This document shows, piece after piece, positions 55,083-64,000 of a DNA stretch of 64,000 nucleotides. Source of the stretch: Parcubacteria group bacterium Greene0714_7 (GTDB lineage: Bacteria > Patescibacteriota > Minisyncoccia > Phycocordibacterales > Phycocordibacteraceae). Both the position numbers and the translations under genes were made by a program. The notes beneath the pieces were generated by a model that was not told the origin of the DNA, did no database searches, and worked only from the letters and a program-made list of their open reading frames with translations. How positions within the stretch are numbered: position 1 is the stretch's first letter; the number at the start of each line of letters is the position of its first letter. The stretch is from the NCBI GenBank assembly GCA_007378985.1, contig VMHB01000002.1, forward strand, positions 158,273-222,272. Reading direction: 5' to 3'.

Positions 55083-55757
55083 ATGAGTACTATACCAAAA
55101 GCCATGGCTATTGCTCAAACTGCCCCCGTAGGGCTAAACGCTTTGCGTCGCCCGATTGCCCTAACGGGCAATATAGGGTTTAGTATAGGCAGTATGGATG
55201 AATTCATGAGCATGCCCGATGAGGCACTCCTCGCACGTTCGCTGTCGAATCCCAGCGCTTTTGAGGTGCTTGTTGCTCGGTATCAATCACAGTTTTTGAG
55301 CAGAGTTCAAGGAATCGTCGGTAGTCGGGATGCTGCTGAAGATGTAGTGCAAGAAGCATTCATTCGCGTGTACCGTTTTGCCCCACGCTTCAAGGGAGAG
55401 TCGGGTTCATTTCGTGCATGGTCACTTACTATCCTTATGAATGTTGCGCGAACTCACTATCGTAAAATTGCTCGTGGTAGAGAAAGCTTTGCTGAATTAA
55501 CGTCAGAACACTATGAATCTCTTGCCGATCCATCAATTCATGCAAAAGAGGGTCACCAAGAGTACGCGAGGGAAGTAATAGAGAAGGGGCTTTCCAAAGT
55601 TCCAGAGCATGTTGCTGAAATTCTCAAGCTCGCTTTTATTGAAGGATTGCCGTATGCGGAGATAGCAGAGAAATTGGGTACAAGTGTTCCTGCAATAAAG
55701 ACAAGGGTGCATCGTGCAAAAGCGGTACTTAGAGAAAGTATGGGTTCGGTAGAATAA
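55083..55757 (+). CDS. ECF-subfamily RNA polymerase sigma factor
   Basis: sigma-70 region 2 (EDVVQEAFIRVYRF) and region 4 (LPYAEIAEKLGTSVPAIKTRVHRA). Confidence 0.8.
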   Translation: MSTIPKAMAIAQTAPVGLNALRRPIALTGNIGFSIGSMDEFMSMPDEALLARSLSNPSAFEVLVARYQSQFLSRVQGIVGSRDAAEDVVQEAFIRVYRFAPRFKGESGSFRAWSLTILMNVARTHYRKIARGRESFAELTSEHYESLADPSIHAKEGHQEYAREVIEKGLSKVPEHVAEILKLAFIEGLPYAEIAEKLGTSVPAIKTRVHRAKAVLRESMGSVE

Positions 55758-55778
55758 TGTATTAAACTATTTGTATAT

Positions 55779-56105
55779 ATGGATAGAGAACAAGAGTTGA
55801 GAAATAGAATTATGCGCCGTGTGTATGGCGTGTACATCGTGCGCCAACTTACAAGTCCAATGGTTCGCTTCGCCGTCCTTGCTACGGTCTTTTTTGCGGT
55901 TGCCGCATCGGTGTCACTGCCGAATGTCATACAAAATGTCCTCAATGTGCAGGATATTCCTGGATTTATAAACTTCACTGTTGGGGCAATTGTGGGGACA
56001 ACGCTTGTTGTCCAGCTCTGCGTTCTCGTTGCCGTTTTGCTTACTGCGTGGATTGGGGTTGATGTGGTGCGTCGAGCAGGGAATACGCAACTTTCAGTGC
56101 AGTAA
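55779..56105 (+). CDS. 2-TM membrane protein, putative anti-sigma factor
   Basis: directly downstream of ECF sigma gene; short cytoplasmic N-terminus then TM helices. Confidence 0.35.
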   Translation: MDREQELRNRIMRRVYGVYIVRQLTSPMVRFAVLATVFFAVAASVSLPNVIQNVLNVQDIPGFINFTVGAIVGTTLVVQLCVLVAVLLTAWIGVDVVRRAGNTQLSVQ

Positions 56106-56134
56106 TCGACACTTCACCGTACCTCTTTAGGGGG

Positions 56135-57202
56135 CTATGCTTCCAAGAACTTTGCACGGATTGCTTTAAGTATCTCCCCTGCTATTTTTGGGTTTTCTTT
56201 GAGAAAGGTTCGTGTTGCATCATAGCCACGACCCAATGACTCCTCGCCGTACTTGTATGAGGCGCCAGATTTTGTAACCAAGCCAAATTTTTCACCCAAG
56301 GCAATGAGCTCTCCTTCACGAGAAATGCCTTCGTTGTACATGAGGTCAAATTCGGTCACTTTAAATGGCGCAGCAATTTTATTTTTTACCACTTTTACTC
56401 GTACACGACCACCAACAATTTCCTCGCCCTTTTTAATTTGAGCAATGCGACGAATGTCGAGGCGTACCGATGTGTAGAATTTCAACGCCTTTCCTCCTGG
56501 GGTTGTTTCTGGGTTACCAAACATAACGCCAATTTGCATACGTATCTGGTTGATGAAAATGACAGTCGTCTTTGATTTGGCAACGATTGCAGTGAGCTTA
56601 CGTAGAGCTTGAGACATAAGCCTAGCCTGCTTACCCATGTGCTGTTGACCCATCTCTCCTTCGATTTCGTCTTTCGGTGTGAGTGCTGCAACAGAGTCAA
56701 CCACTACTACATCTATCTTCCCTGAGCGCACCAAGCTCTCGGTAATTTCAAGTGATTGCTCACCAGTGTCAGGTTGCGACACGAGGAGGTCTTCAATCTT
56801 AACGCCAAGAACTTTTGCATACTCTGGGTCGAGTGCGTGCTCTGCGTCAATGAATGCACAAATCCCACCTTTTTTCTGTGCCTCTGCAATGATATGTAAA
56901 GAAAGAGTTGTTTTTCCTGATGATTCAGGTCCAAAAATTTCTATGATGCGACCTCGGGGGACTCCGCCGATGCCGAGCGCCCAGTCGAGCCCAATGGAGC
57001 CTGTAGGGATGGCATCAACACCAACTTTTGGTTTCGCACCAAGAGTTGTAATTGATTCATCACCGAATTTTGTTTTTATACTTGCGATAGCTTCACTGAT
57101 TGCAGCTTTTCTATCAGAAATAGTTTGACCACCTGTTTGATTTGATGTTACGGGAGGCTTTGATACTTTCTCTGCTTTCTTTTTTATTGCCATGATGACC
57201 AA
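56135..57202 (-). CDS. recA: recombinase RecA
   Basis: [17 protein letters not shown] Walker A, ...[23 protein letters not shown]... L2 region. Confidence 0.95.
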   Translation of the reverse strand: MVIMAIKKKAEKVSKPPVTSNQTGGQTISDRKAAISEAIASIKTKFGDESITTLGAKPKVGVDAIPTGSIGLDWALGIGGVPRGRIIEIFGPESSGKTTLSLHIIAEAQKKGGICAFIDAEHALDPEYAKVLGVKIEDLLVSQPDTGEQSLEITESLVRSGKIDVVVVDSVAALTPKDEIEGEMGQQHMGKQARLMSQALRKLTAIVAKSKTTVIFINQIRMQIGVMFGNPETTPGGKALKFYTSVRLDIRRIAQIKKGEEIVGGRVRVKVVKNKIAAPFKVTEFDLMYNEGISREGELIALGEKFGLVTKSGASYKYGEESLGRGYDATRTFLKENPKIAGEILKAIRAKFLEA

Positions 57203-57212
57203 ATTATCGCTT

Positions 57213-57605
57213 TTAATTAATAGGCGCTTCTTCTTTTGTATTGGAGGGTTTTTCTTGCTTTGGACTAAGCAACGAGAGTTTCTTGGTAACGCCTTTGCCG
57301 AAACGGTCTCGTGCCGTTACGGTGATGGCAGTATACCCCGGAGGGTATGCGCGCTTTGCCAAAAAACTCCCGTTTTCCTGCAGGGGAACTGGCGCACCGT
57401 TTACCTCTAAAAATGCAACACGGCGCGTCATGCCACTTACTAAGACGGTAGCGGTATCCATAGTTGCCGTAGCGGTGAGTGAGGGTCCTTGAATGAGTGG
57501 AAGTGCTGCATACGCGCTATAGCCTAGAATTATTAGAAGGGCGACCCCGCCAATAAAAAGGGCGGTGCGTTTAGGGGTGAATGCAATAAATTTACGCGGT
57601 GCCAT
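57213..57605 (-). CDS. hypothetical membrane-anchored protein
   Basis: N-terminal TM then ~90-aa domain; overlaps ftsK start region by 14 nt. Confidence 0.35.
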   Translation of the reverse strand: MAPRKFIAFTPKRTALFIGGVALLIILGYSAYAALPLIQGPSLTATATMDTATVLVSGMTRRVAFLEVNGAPVPLQENGSFLAKRAYPPGYTAITVTARDRFGKGVTKKLSLLSPKQEKPSNTKEEAPIN

Positions 57606-59787
57606 TGTTTTCTTCAGTCATAGTTGTTTCTCCTTCCGATGTAGTGAGGACATCGCGAGGTCTCGCACCGTCTGCTGCTCCTATGATGCCCTTGTCTTCC
57701 AGAATATCCATAAGTCTCGCAGCGCGGGCATAGCCGATGCGGAGCTTTCTTTGTAGATATGATGTTGATGCCTTACCTGCTTCTTCTACTATCTGTTTTG
57801 CCTCAGCAAAAAGGTCGTCATCGACATCATCGTCCTCCAAAGATGCTGAGAATATTGCATTCGGAGAGTCTGGTGTATTGCTCGAGAGGGTAATCGAGTC
57901 GAGTGATGGCTCGTTGTGTTTCCGTATGTATTCCACAACAGTCTTTACTTCGCTTTCAGAAATGAAGGCAGTTTGGATACGGTGTGGCTTTGACATATCA
58001 GCAGACTGGAAGAGCATGTCGCCAGCCCCGAGGAGTTTTTCTGCACCTGCTGCGTCGAGAATGGTGCGTGAGTCGATTTGTGAGGCTACCTGCAAAGCTA
58101 TACGCGCAGGTACGTTTGCCTTAATGAGTCCAGTAATGACATTCACTGAGGGGCGCTGTGTTGAAAGAATCAGGTGGATACCAACAGCACGGCTCATCTG
58201 CGCCAAGCGTACAATCGCAGCTTCGAGCTCTCGTGGGTATGTTTGCATGATGTCTGCAAGCTCATCGACAACAATTACGATGTAGGGCATTTGGTCGGGC
58301 ATTTCGTCGCCTGCCTGCGGTGAAGTCGTCGAAGGCTTCCATTTCGATGCGATGTTCTCGTGGTACGACTGCACATCGCGGACTGCGTGCGTCTCAAGAA
58401 TTGTGTAGCGTCGTTCCATTTCTTTCGCTGCCCACTTCAAAGAGAGGATTGCTTTCTTTGGGTCGGTAATGACTGGCGTAAGAAGATGGGGGATAGGGTT
58501 GTAGAGAGTGAGTTCCACGCGCTTTGGGTCAATCATGATGAAGCGAAGTGCCGAAGGGCCATTTCTGTAGAGAAGGGAGGTGATGAGTGCATGTATAGAC
58601 ACTGACTTGCCAGCACCTGTTGCACCTGCAATGAGGAGGTGTGGCATCTTACCGATGTTCGCAAAATGTGATGCGCCAGCGATGTCACGCCCAAGAGCAA
58701 CCATAAGAGGTCGTTTATCGCTCTCAAACTTAGTGTCTCCAAGAAGTGACCCCAAGCCCACCGTTGATTTTTTAGTGTTAGGCACTTCAATACCGACGAG
58801 AGACTTTCCAGGTATTGGGGCTTCAATACGAACAGGGTGTGCGGCGAGTGCAAGCTCGAGGTTGTTTTGAAGAGAGAGTATCTTCTGTAGGCGCACTCCT
58901 TCGGCGGGTTTGAGTGCATAGCGGGTCACGGTAGGGCCAATAGACACCTCGTCCATCTCTACAGTGATACCGAAGTTTTGGAGTGTTCGCTTAATGAGAT
59001 TCGCGTTTGCTTTAATATCCCCATTGTCGGGCTTCCCTTTGTCTCGTTCCAATAATGAAAGTGGGGGAGGATTGTATGCTTGCCCAATTGGTGCAAAGGC
59101 GAAACTTGCCTCTGGCTCGGCTTCTATTTTCTTTTCTTTTATTTTTTCCTTTCGAATTGGTTTCTCTTCCTCTACTTCATTCTGAGGAGTTGCTATCTTT
59201 ATTTCATCATCAGCATCGTCATCAGCGGGCTTCTCGGAGGCGTCTCCAAGTATTTTCTTTGACCAAAGCAATTGAAATTGTGGCATCGCAAAGTGCGGGA
59301 TACCAAGCGGTGTATCGAGAGCAAGAAGGGTCCCTACAACCGCGATACCTCCAAGAATTATAGAGGCGAGCGTGATATCAAAAAGTGAAGTGAAAGGGAG
59401 GGCGATCCAATGTCCCGCAAGCCCGCCATGGTTATCAATAAGTGAGAGTATGGCAATACCCGATAAAAAAAGAATCGATGCACCAAAGACTCGCGTACCA
59501 CCGAAGCCCGGATGTTCTCGTTGTCGAAATAATCCGATACCTAGCAAAAGTAATGAAACAGGAATAAGGAAGTATCCGATGCCGAAAAAAGAACTCAGCG
59601 CTTCGTAGATAAAATTGCCAGCAGGCCCTCCTTTACCAAGAGGGCCTAACAGAAAGAGTGCCGCTGCAACCATGGCAAGGATACCGTAGATACTCTTCGT
59701 GGTTTCTGGTTTCAGATTGAGCGAAAGAGAGGGGGTAGGAATACCAGATTTTTTCTTACCATTCTTCTCTCTTTTTTTCTTTGCCAT
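57592..59787 (-). CDS. ftsK: DNA translocase FtsK/SpoIIIE
   Basis: N-terminal 4-TM domain, Walker A LLIAGATGAGKS, Walker B VVIVDELADL, C-terminal gamma winged-helix. Confidence 0.9.
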   Translation of the reverse strand: MAKKKREKNGKKKSGIPTPSLSLNLKPETTKSIYGILAMVAAALFLLGPLGKGGPAGNFIYEALSSFFGIGYFLIPVSLLLLGIGLFRQREHPGFGGTRVFGASILFLSGIAILSLIDNHGGLAGHWIALPFTSLFDITLASIILGGIAVVGTLLALDTPLGIPHFAMPQFQLLWSKKILGDASEKPADDDADDEIKIATPQNEVEEEKPIRKEKIKEKKIEAEPEASFAFAPIGQAYNPPPLSLLERDKGKPDNGDIKANANLIKRTLQNFGITVEMDEVSIGPTVTRYALKPAEGVRLQKILSLQNNLELALAAHPVRIEAPIPGKSLVGIEVPNTKKSTVGLGSLLGDTKFESDKRPLMVALGRDIAGASHFANIGKMPHLLIAGATGAGKSVSIHALITSLLYRNGPSALRFIMIDPKRVELTLYNPIPHLLTPVITDPKKAILSLKWAAKEMERRYTILETHAVRDVQSYHENIASKWKPSTTSPQAGDEMPDQMPYIVIVVDELADIMQTYPRELEAAIVRLAQMSRAVGIHLILSTQRPSVNVITGLIKANVPARIALQVASQIDSRTILDAAGAEKLLGAGDMLFQSADMSKPHRIQTAFISESEVKTVVEYIRKHNEPSLDSITLSSNTPDSPNAIFSASLEDDDVDDDLFAEAKQIVEEAGKASTSYLQRKLRIGYARAARLMDILEDKGIIGAADGARPRDVLTTSEGETTMTEENNGTA

Positions 59788-59811
59788 TGATGGATTTTAG
59801 CATGAGGAAAA

Positions 59812-59975
59812 TAATAGATTCAGGATTTAGGATTCAAGATTCAGGAATTAAAAAGAGAATGAGTTTTAGATACAAAATTCACTATAAAAAGACCTCACGT
59901 TTGAACCTTGAGAGAAAGGGTCTTATGGGTCTGTTTCAGAAGGTGCTATTCATGAATCCTGAATCTTGCCTCTTG
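59812..59975. repeat. gattcagg-family tandem/inverted repeats in ftsK upstream region
   Basis: gattcaggatttaggattcaagattcagga (59812..59842) and inverted tcctgaatcttgcctcttgaatc (59953..59975). Confidence 0.7.
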
Positions 59976-59978
59976 AAT

Positions 59979-60010
59979 CTTCGCCAGTCTCGATCTTAAA
60001 CCGAGACTGG
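59979..60010 (+). promoter_or_regulatory. 11-bp-stem perfect hairpin cgccagtctcg-atcttaaac-cgagactggcg in 5' region of 60046 gene
   Basis: read directly. Confidence 0.5.
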
Positions 60011-60045
60011 CGAACCCTTGCAAAGGACAAGGTCTTAGAGGTAAA

Positions 60046-60822
60046 ATGACCTTGAAATTAAAGACCGATAGCGTTTCATATATGTCCGATAGTATAAAAG
60101 ACAATCAAGGTAATCAGACAAATAAGAAAACGCTCAGTGTAAGCGCTTCTTTTCATTTGGGACACCTTTTATCTAATGGACATCATGCTTTTGTTGTTAA
60201 AAAGTCTGAGAGACTAGCCTCCGCCCTATATGTAATTACCGGCTTCTTGTCTCCCGATGAACCTGCACGAGGACGTCTCCGTTCTTGTGCGCTTGACCTT
60301 CTTAATCGATCGACAGATCAGGCAAAACTTCACGGTGCTAGCATAGAGTCTTTTGGTGCTCGTTGTATGGAGATAGGTGCAATACTTGAGACCGCAAAAG
60401 CGGGCGGGTTGATATCGGCAATGAACGCAAAACTTATAGGAGATGAATATGCCTCGCTTGCTTCTTTTGTCCGAGACAATCAAGAGAAGATTTCTGAACA
60501 TGTTGGTCGGATAGAGGAAGCCCTCTCTGACCTAGAGACTCCGAATAGTTTTTCTATAGGACATGTTACAAAAAGTCCTTTAGATTCTCTCAGGATAAAA
60601 AACAATACTTTGAGAATCGCCCCTCAAAAAAGACAGTCCGATAGAAGGGATTTAGTGCTCGCTGTTTTCAAAAATAAAGAAAAACTTTCTATAAAGGACA
60701 TCACCGCATCAGTCGTTGGTTGTAGCGAAAAGACAGTACAGCGGGAGCTTCTGTCTCTTGTTCAGTCAGGCACCCTTATAAAGGAAGGGGAGCGCAGATG
60801 GAGTACTTACAGAAAAGCGTAA
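60046..60822 (+). CDS. hypothetical regulator with C-terminal winged-helix HTH
   Basis: C-terminus RRDLVLAVFKNKEKLSIKDITASVVGCSEKTVQRELLSLVQSGTLIKEGERRWSTYR resembles DeoR/MarR-like wHTH. Confidence 0.4.
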   Translation: MTLKLKTDSVSYMSDSIKDNQGNQTNKKTLSVSASFHLGHLLSNGHHAFVVKKSERLASALYVITGFLSPDEPARGRLRSCALDLLNRSTDQAKLHGASIESFGARCMEIGAILETAKAGGLISAMNAKLIGDEYASLASFVRDNQEKISEHVGRIEEALSDLETPNSFSIGHVTKSPLDSLRIKNNTLRIAPQKRQSDRRDLVLAVFKNKEKLSIKDITASVVGCSEKTVQRELLSLVQSGTLIKEGERRWSTYRKA

Positions 60823-60834
60823 GCTTTTCTGTTA

Positions 60835-60925
60835 GGGTATAGCCACTAGGGTGTAGGGGTCTTCCAGTCCACGCTTTCTGCCTCTCCCTAAACCCTAATG
60901 GCTATTGGCTAATCCCTTTTCGATA
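60835..60925. repeat. composite intergenic repeat block (gggtatagccactagggtgtagg; ccctaaaccctaatggctattggctaat)
   Basis: first part is reverse complement of 34296..34320 (cctacaccctagtggctataccc); shares ccctaaaccctaa with 34296 and 53350 blocks. Confidence 0.75.
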
Positions 60926-60978
60926 GGTTGCTTTACAGCCTTATTTCAGATACTATTCTCCGTGTGGATGGCATGATC

Positions 60979-61612
60979 CTATAGACAGCAACAAACCCGG
61001 AAACGGGCTTTTTGTTGTCTATGTTGTCCACATATACAAACCCTCTGTTCTAATATGTAGAACGGGGCGGGCACGTATAATAAGTGAACTCCCGTGCTGG
61101 GTGTTCGGTTGCGCGTTGTTGTGGCGCGCTTCCGGTCGAACAGAACTTTGACATCCTTCATATCCGGAATACATCTCAAGCGTGCGCCTCGGTTTCGTTG
61201 TAATAAATGAAGCATGCGTACATCACTGTAAGGAAGCACTATCCCACCACGGCTATATCCTGCATGACCATTTTTTCTTCTTACCATTGGTCCCGTACAC
61301 ATTAGAAATAATGTGAACGGGTTGATGGAATTTAGTTGTGCTGTCTTTTGAACCAACTCTAGAAAATTTTTCTAGCTGAGGTACACAAGACAGAAAATTA
61401 GTTGTTCTTTCTGCCCTGCGAGCGAAGTCCAAAGAAATTCTATTTCCTTGGATGAGCGAGCAATGACAGAAAGGACGACTCTTAGTCGTACTTATTAACA
61501 GGTATGCGGCGGGTCGTGAGTTATTCGGTCGAACGAATGATTTGCGTCCACGCACCCGCACCACTGATTCTCGCGTTTTATTTAATTCAAGCGTGAATGA
61601 GTGTGGCGTCAA
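60979..61612 (-). pseudogene. two overlapping frame-shifted minus-strand ORFs of low complexity; possible decayed gene/mobile remnant
   Basis: ORFs 61253..61612 and 60979..61356 overlap out of frame; no motif recognised; ~800-nt region otherwise lacks plus-strand coding. Confidence 0.2.
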
Positions 61613-61636
61613 AAATTAGAAAATTATTATTGTATC

Positions 61637-64000
61637 TATGACTTCAATTGTAAACAGTTCTCTCACGAAAGTTGCAGCGATCGTCGTTGCAGTTTCGTTG
61701 GTAGCTGGATTTGCATTCACTTTCACAGCGTCTAAGGCAGAAGCCGCAACGCTCACAAGTTCGCAAATCTCAGCTATCGTTTCTCTCTTGCAGTCATTCG
61801 GTGCTGACGCTTCGACTATTGCGAACGTTAGTGCGTCTCTCAATGGGACAGCTCCAACAGGGGGCTCGACTGGCGGCTCAATGACAGGCGGTTGTACCTT
61901 CACGAGAAACCTCACGGTTGGCTCGAAAGGTGACGATGTAACTTGTCTTCAGAAGGCACTCATTGCAGCTGGCTACTCGGTTCCAGCAGGCGCAACTGGC
62001 TACTTCGGTTCCCAGACTGTGACTGCAGTTATCGCATGGCAGAAGGCAGCAGGAGTTTCTCCTGCAGTAGGCTACTTCGGTGCAATCTCTCGCGCAGCAT
62101 TCGGCAAGACTTCAGGTGGTTCCACTCCAGTAGTGACAACACCAACAGGTACTGGCCTTGCTGTCGCAGCAGGCACACAACCAGCAAACTCGCTTTCACC
62201 ACAAGGTGCATCGCGCGTTCCGTTTACTCGCTTCACACTCACTGCAGGCGCTGACGGCGATGTAGTTGTGAACGGTGTTACGGTCCAGAAAGATGGACTC
62301 GGTCAGGATGCAGCTTTTGCTGGTATCGTCCTTATCGATGAGTCAACTGGAGCACAGCTTGGTATCGCAAAGACATTGAACTCAAACCATCAGACGACTG
62401 TCGGTGGTACCTTCACTGTTGCAAAGGGAACAACGAAGACATTCTTGCTCGCAGGAAACATGGCTTCGTCACTCTCTTCGTACGCTGGTGAAGCACCAGG
62501 TATCGCTCTTGTTGCGGTTAACACCTCAGCAACCGTTTCTGGCTCACTTCCAATTGTCGGTGCTCATAACACCAACAACTCAACATTGACTGTCGGTTCA
62601 GTGACTTTAAATTCTTCAAATGCGTTCGCTTCAAACTCAGCGCAGGCGAAAGAAATTGGTACAACCGCATACAAGACAACAGGATTCCGCCTCACAGCGG
62701 GGTCTGCTGAAGACCTTCGCCTCAGAAATATCCGCTGGAACCAAACTGGCTCCGTATCATCTACTGACATTGCAAATGTAATGACAGTCGTTAACGGAAC
62801 AGCATACCCAGCAACTGTTTCTTCAGACGGAAAATACTATGACACGAACCTCGGTTCAGGCGTGGTAATTCCAAAGGGCAATCAGATTGATGTCTATGTT
62901 CAATTTGACATTGTTGGTGCAGGTGCGGCTAACCGCACGGTTATCTTCGATGTTGACAAGAACACTGACATCTACGCAACAGGTGAGACTTACGGCTACG
63001 GCGTTTCGCCAGCAGTTACCAGCACTGCGGTTCCAACGACTCGCAGCACTGCTAACTACACTGTAGGAACATCGGGAACCCCATTCATCTACTCTACGGT
63101 AGTAACTGTCTCTGGCGCTTCGATTACATCGATCGGCAAGGCAAACGAAGTTCCTGCGCAGAACATCGCAATCAACCTTCCTAACCAGCCTCTCGGTGGT
63201 TACGTAGTTGACTTGAAGGGTGAGGCAATGACTGTTCAGTCATCTGTCTTCACTATTGCTTCAACGACTGGTTCAGGTACTGGCCTCCTCACCAATCTTA
63301 CGATTGTTGATGAAAACGGTGCAGTAGTTGCAGGTCCTGTTGATGGCGTCTACTCGACTGCTACAACGCAGACTGCTACTTTCACTGACTCAATCACTTA
63401 CAAGATTGGTCGCCATGTCTACACACTCCGTGGTAAGGTTGCTTCAAACATCGGAAACGGTGGTACATACATTGTCACCACAGTTCCTTCGTCTGGATGG
63501 ACCAACGTCAAGGGTGAAACAACTGGCAACACAATCTCGCTTTCAGCAAATGGTACGTTCACTATGAACACCATGACCGTGAAGGCAGGTGCAGTTGCTG
63601 TTGGTGTCGCTACATCTCCTGCTTCGCAAAACATCACTGCCGGCGGTTCACAAACTTTGTTTGCAAACTTCCAGTACGATGCAACGCAATCAGGTGAAGA
63701 TGTACGATTCTCTTCAATTCCTACTGTTCTTACATTCGCAACTGCTGCGGTCACAGACCTCACAGCTTGCGCAGCGTACGATGGTACAACTCAACTTTCG
63801 ACAGGTTCGAATGTTGTAAATCCTTCAGGTTCAACAGGTGCAACTCAGACATTCACGCTTGATACGCCTGTTACGGTTGCAAAGGGCACAGTTAAGACTA
63901 TCGGTATTAAATGTAATGTTTCTGGTTCGGCAGCGAACACCGGAACATTCTCATTCGATGCTGGTGCAGCTTCTGCCTACACCTTCACAGGTGCAACCTC
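61637..64000 (+). CDS. large secreted surface protein with peptidoglycan-binding domain and Thr/Ser/Gly-rich beta-repeats, partial (runs off window end)
   Basis: ATG at 61637; signal/anchor AAIVVAVSLVAGFAFTFTASKAEA; PG_binding_1-like CLQKALIAAGYSVPAGATGYFGSQTVTAVIAWQKAAGV; open frame to 64000. Confidence 0.6.

Noticed and set aside
1-64000. rRNA genes or prophage/defence islands
   Set aside because: No 16S/23S/5S-like sequence, integrase, capsid, restriction-modification or toxin-antitoxin signatures were recognised anywhere in the window.

Overview
This 64-kb window is a compact, gene-dense, AT-moderate bacterial chromosome segment with the hallmarks of a Candidate Phyla Radiation (Parcubacteria-like) genome. 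Proteins are small, and rplA is missing after rplK while rplI is missing after rpsR. The window carries a pilM-pilN-pilO cluster without pilQ, many aminoacyl-tRNA synthetases and ribosomal proteins, a free-standing LAGLIDADG endonuclease, and no respiratory chain genes. Housekeeping content I can support from the sequence includes ruvA, rpsT, ruvX/yqgF, uppS, rluA-family pseudouridine synthase, rplS, ribE-ribH, purA, the secE-nusG-rplK cluster, folA, dcd, thyA, tmk, glyA, argS, ileS, recO, glyQS, metG, tatD, the rpsF-ssb-rpsR cluster, efp, an ECF sigma factor with a putative anti-sigma partner, recA and ftsK. A fur/zur-ZIP transporter operon has a palindromic operator upstream. RNA genes are tRNA-Arg (anticodon reads GCG), Ser(TGA), Val(TAC), Leu(GAG) and His(GTG), plus an interrupted tRNA-Arg(TCT)-like gene and a tRNA-like 5' fragment fused to a structured ~285-nt region. 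The features most worth a second look are listed here. (1) ileS carries a cleanly inserted histidine-phosphatase (PGAM-type) domain. (2) A convergent gene pair with apparently higher GC than its surroundings encodes a membrane-sensor::GCS2 (gamma-glutamyl-cysteine-ligase-like) fusion and a GshB/RimK-like ATP-grasp ligase. (3) An alternative-oxidase-like di-iron protein is present. (4) Both tRNA-Arg loci carry ~100-150 nt T-loop-associated elements, each with a short segment antisense to its own T-arm; one interrupts the tRNA and the other is flanked by a duplicated 3' end. (5) A LAGLIDADG gene has its stop codon inside the tRNA-Leu anticodon loop. (6) Related heptamer-based intergenic repeats, including inverted copies about 43 kb apart, sit at many gene boundaries. 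(7) Two divergent CofE-like gamma-glutamyl ligase paralogs are present. No CRISPR array, rRNA, or recognisable defence island is present. All functional calls are from motif recognition by eye, not from database searches.
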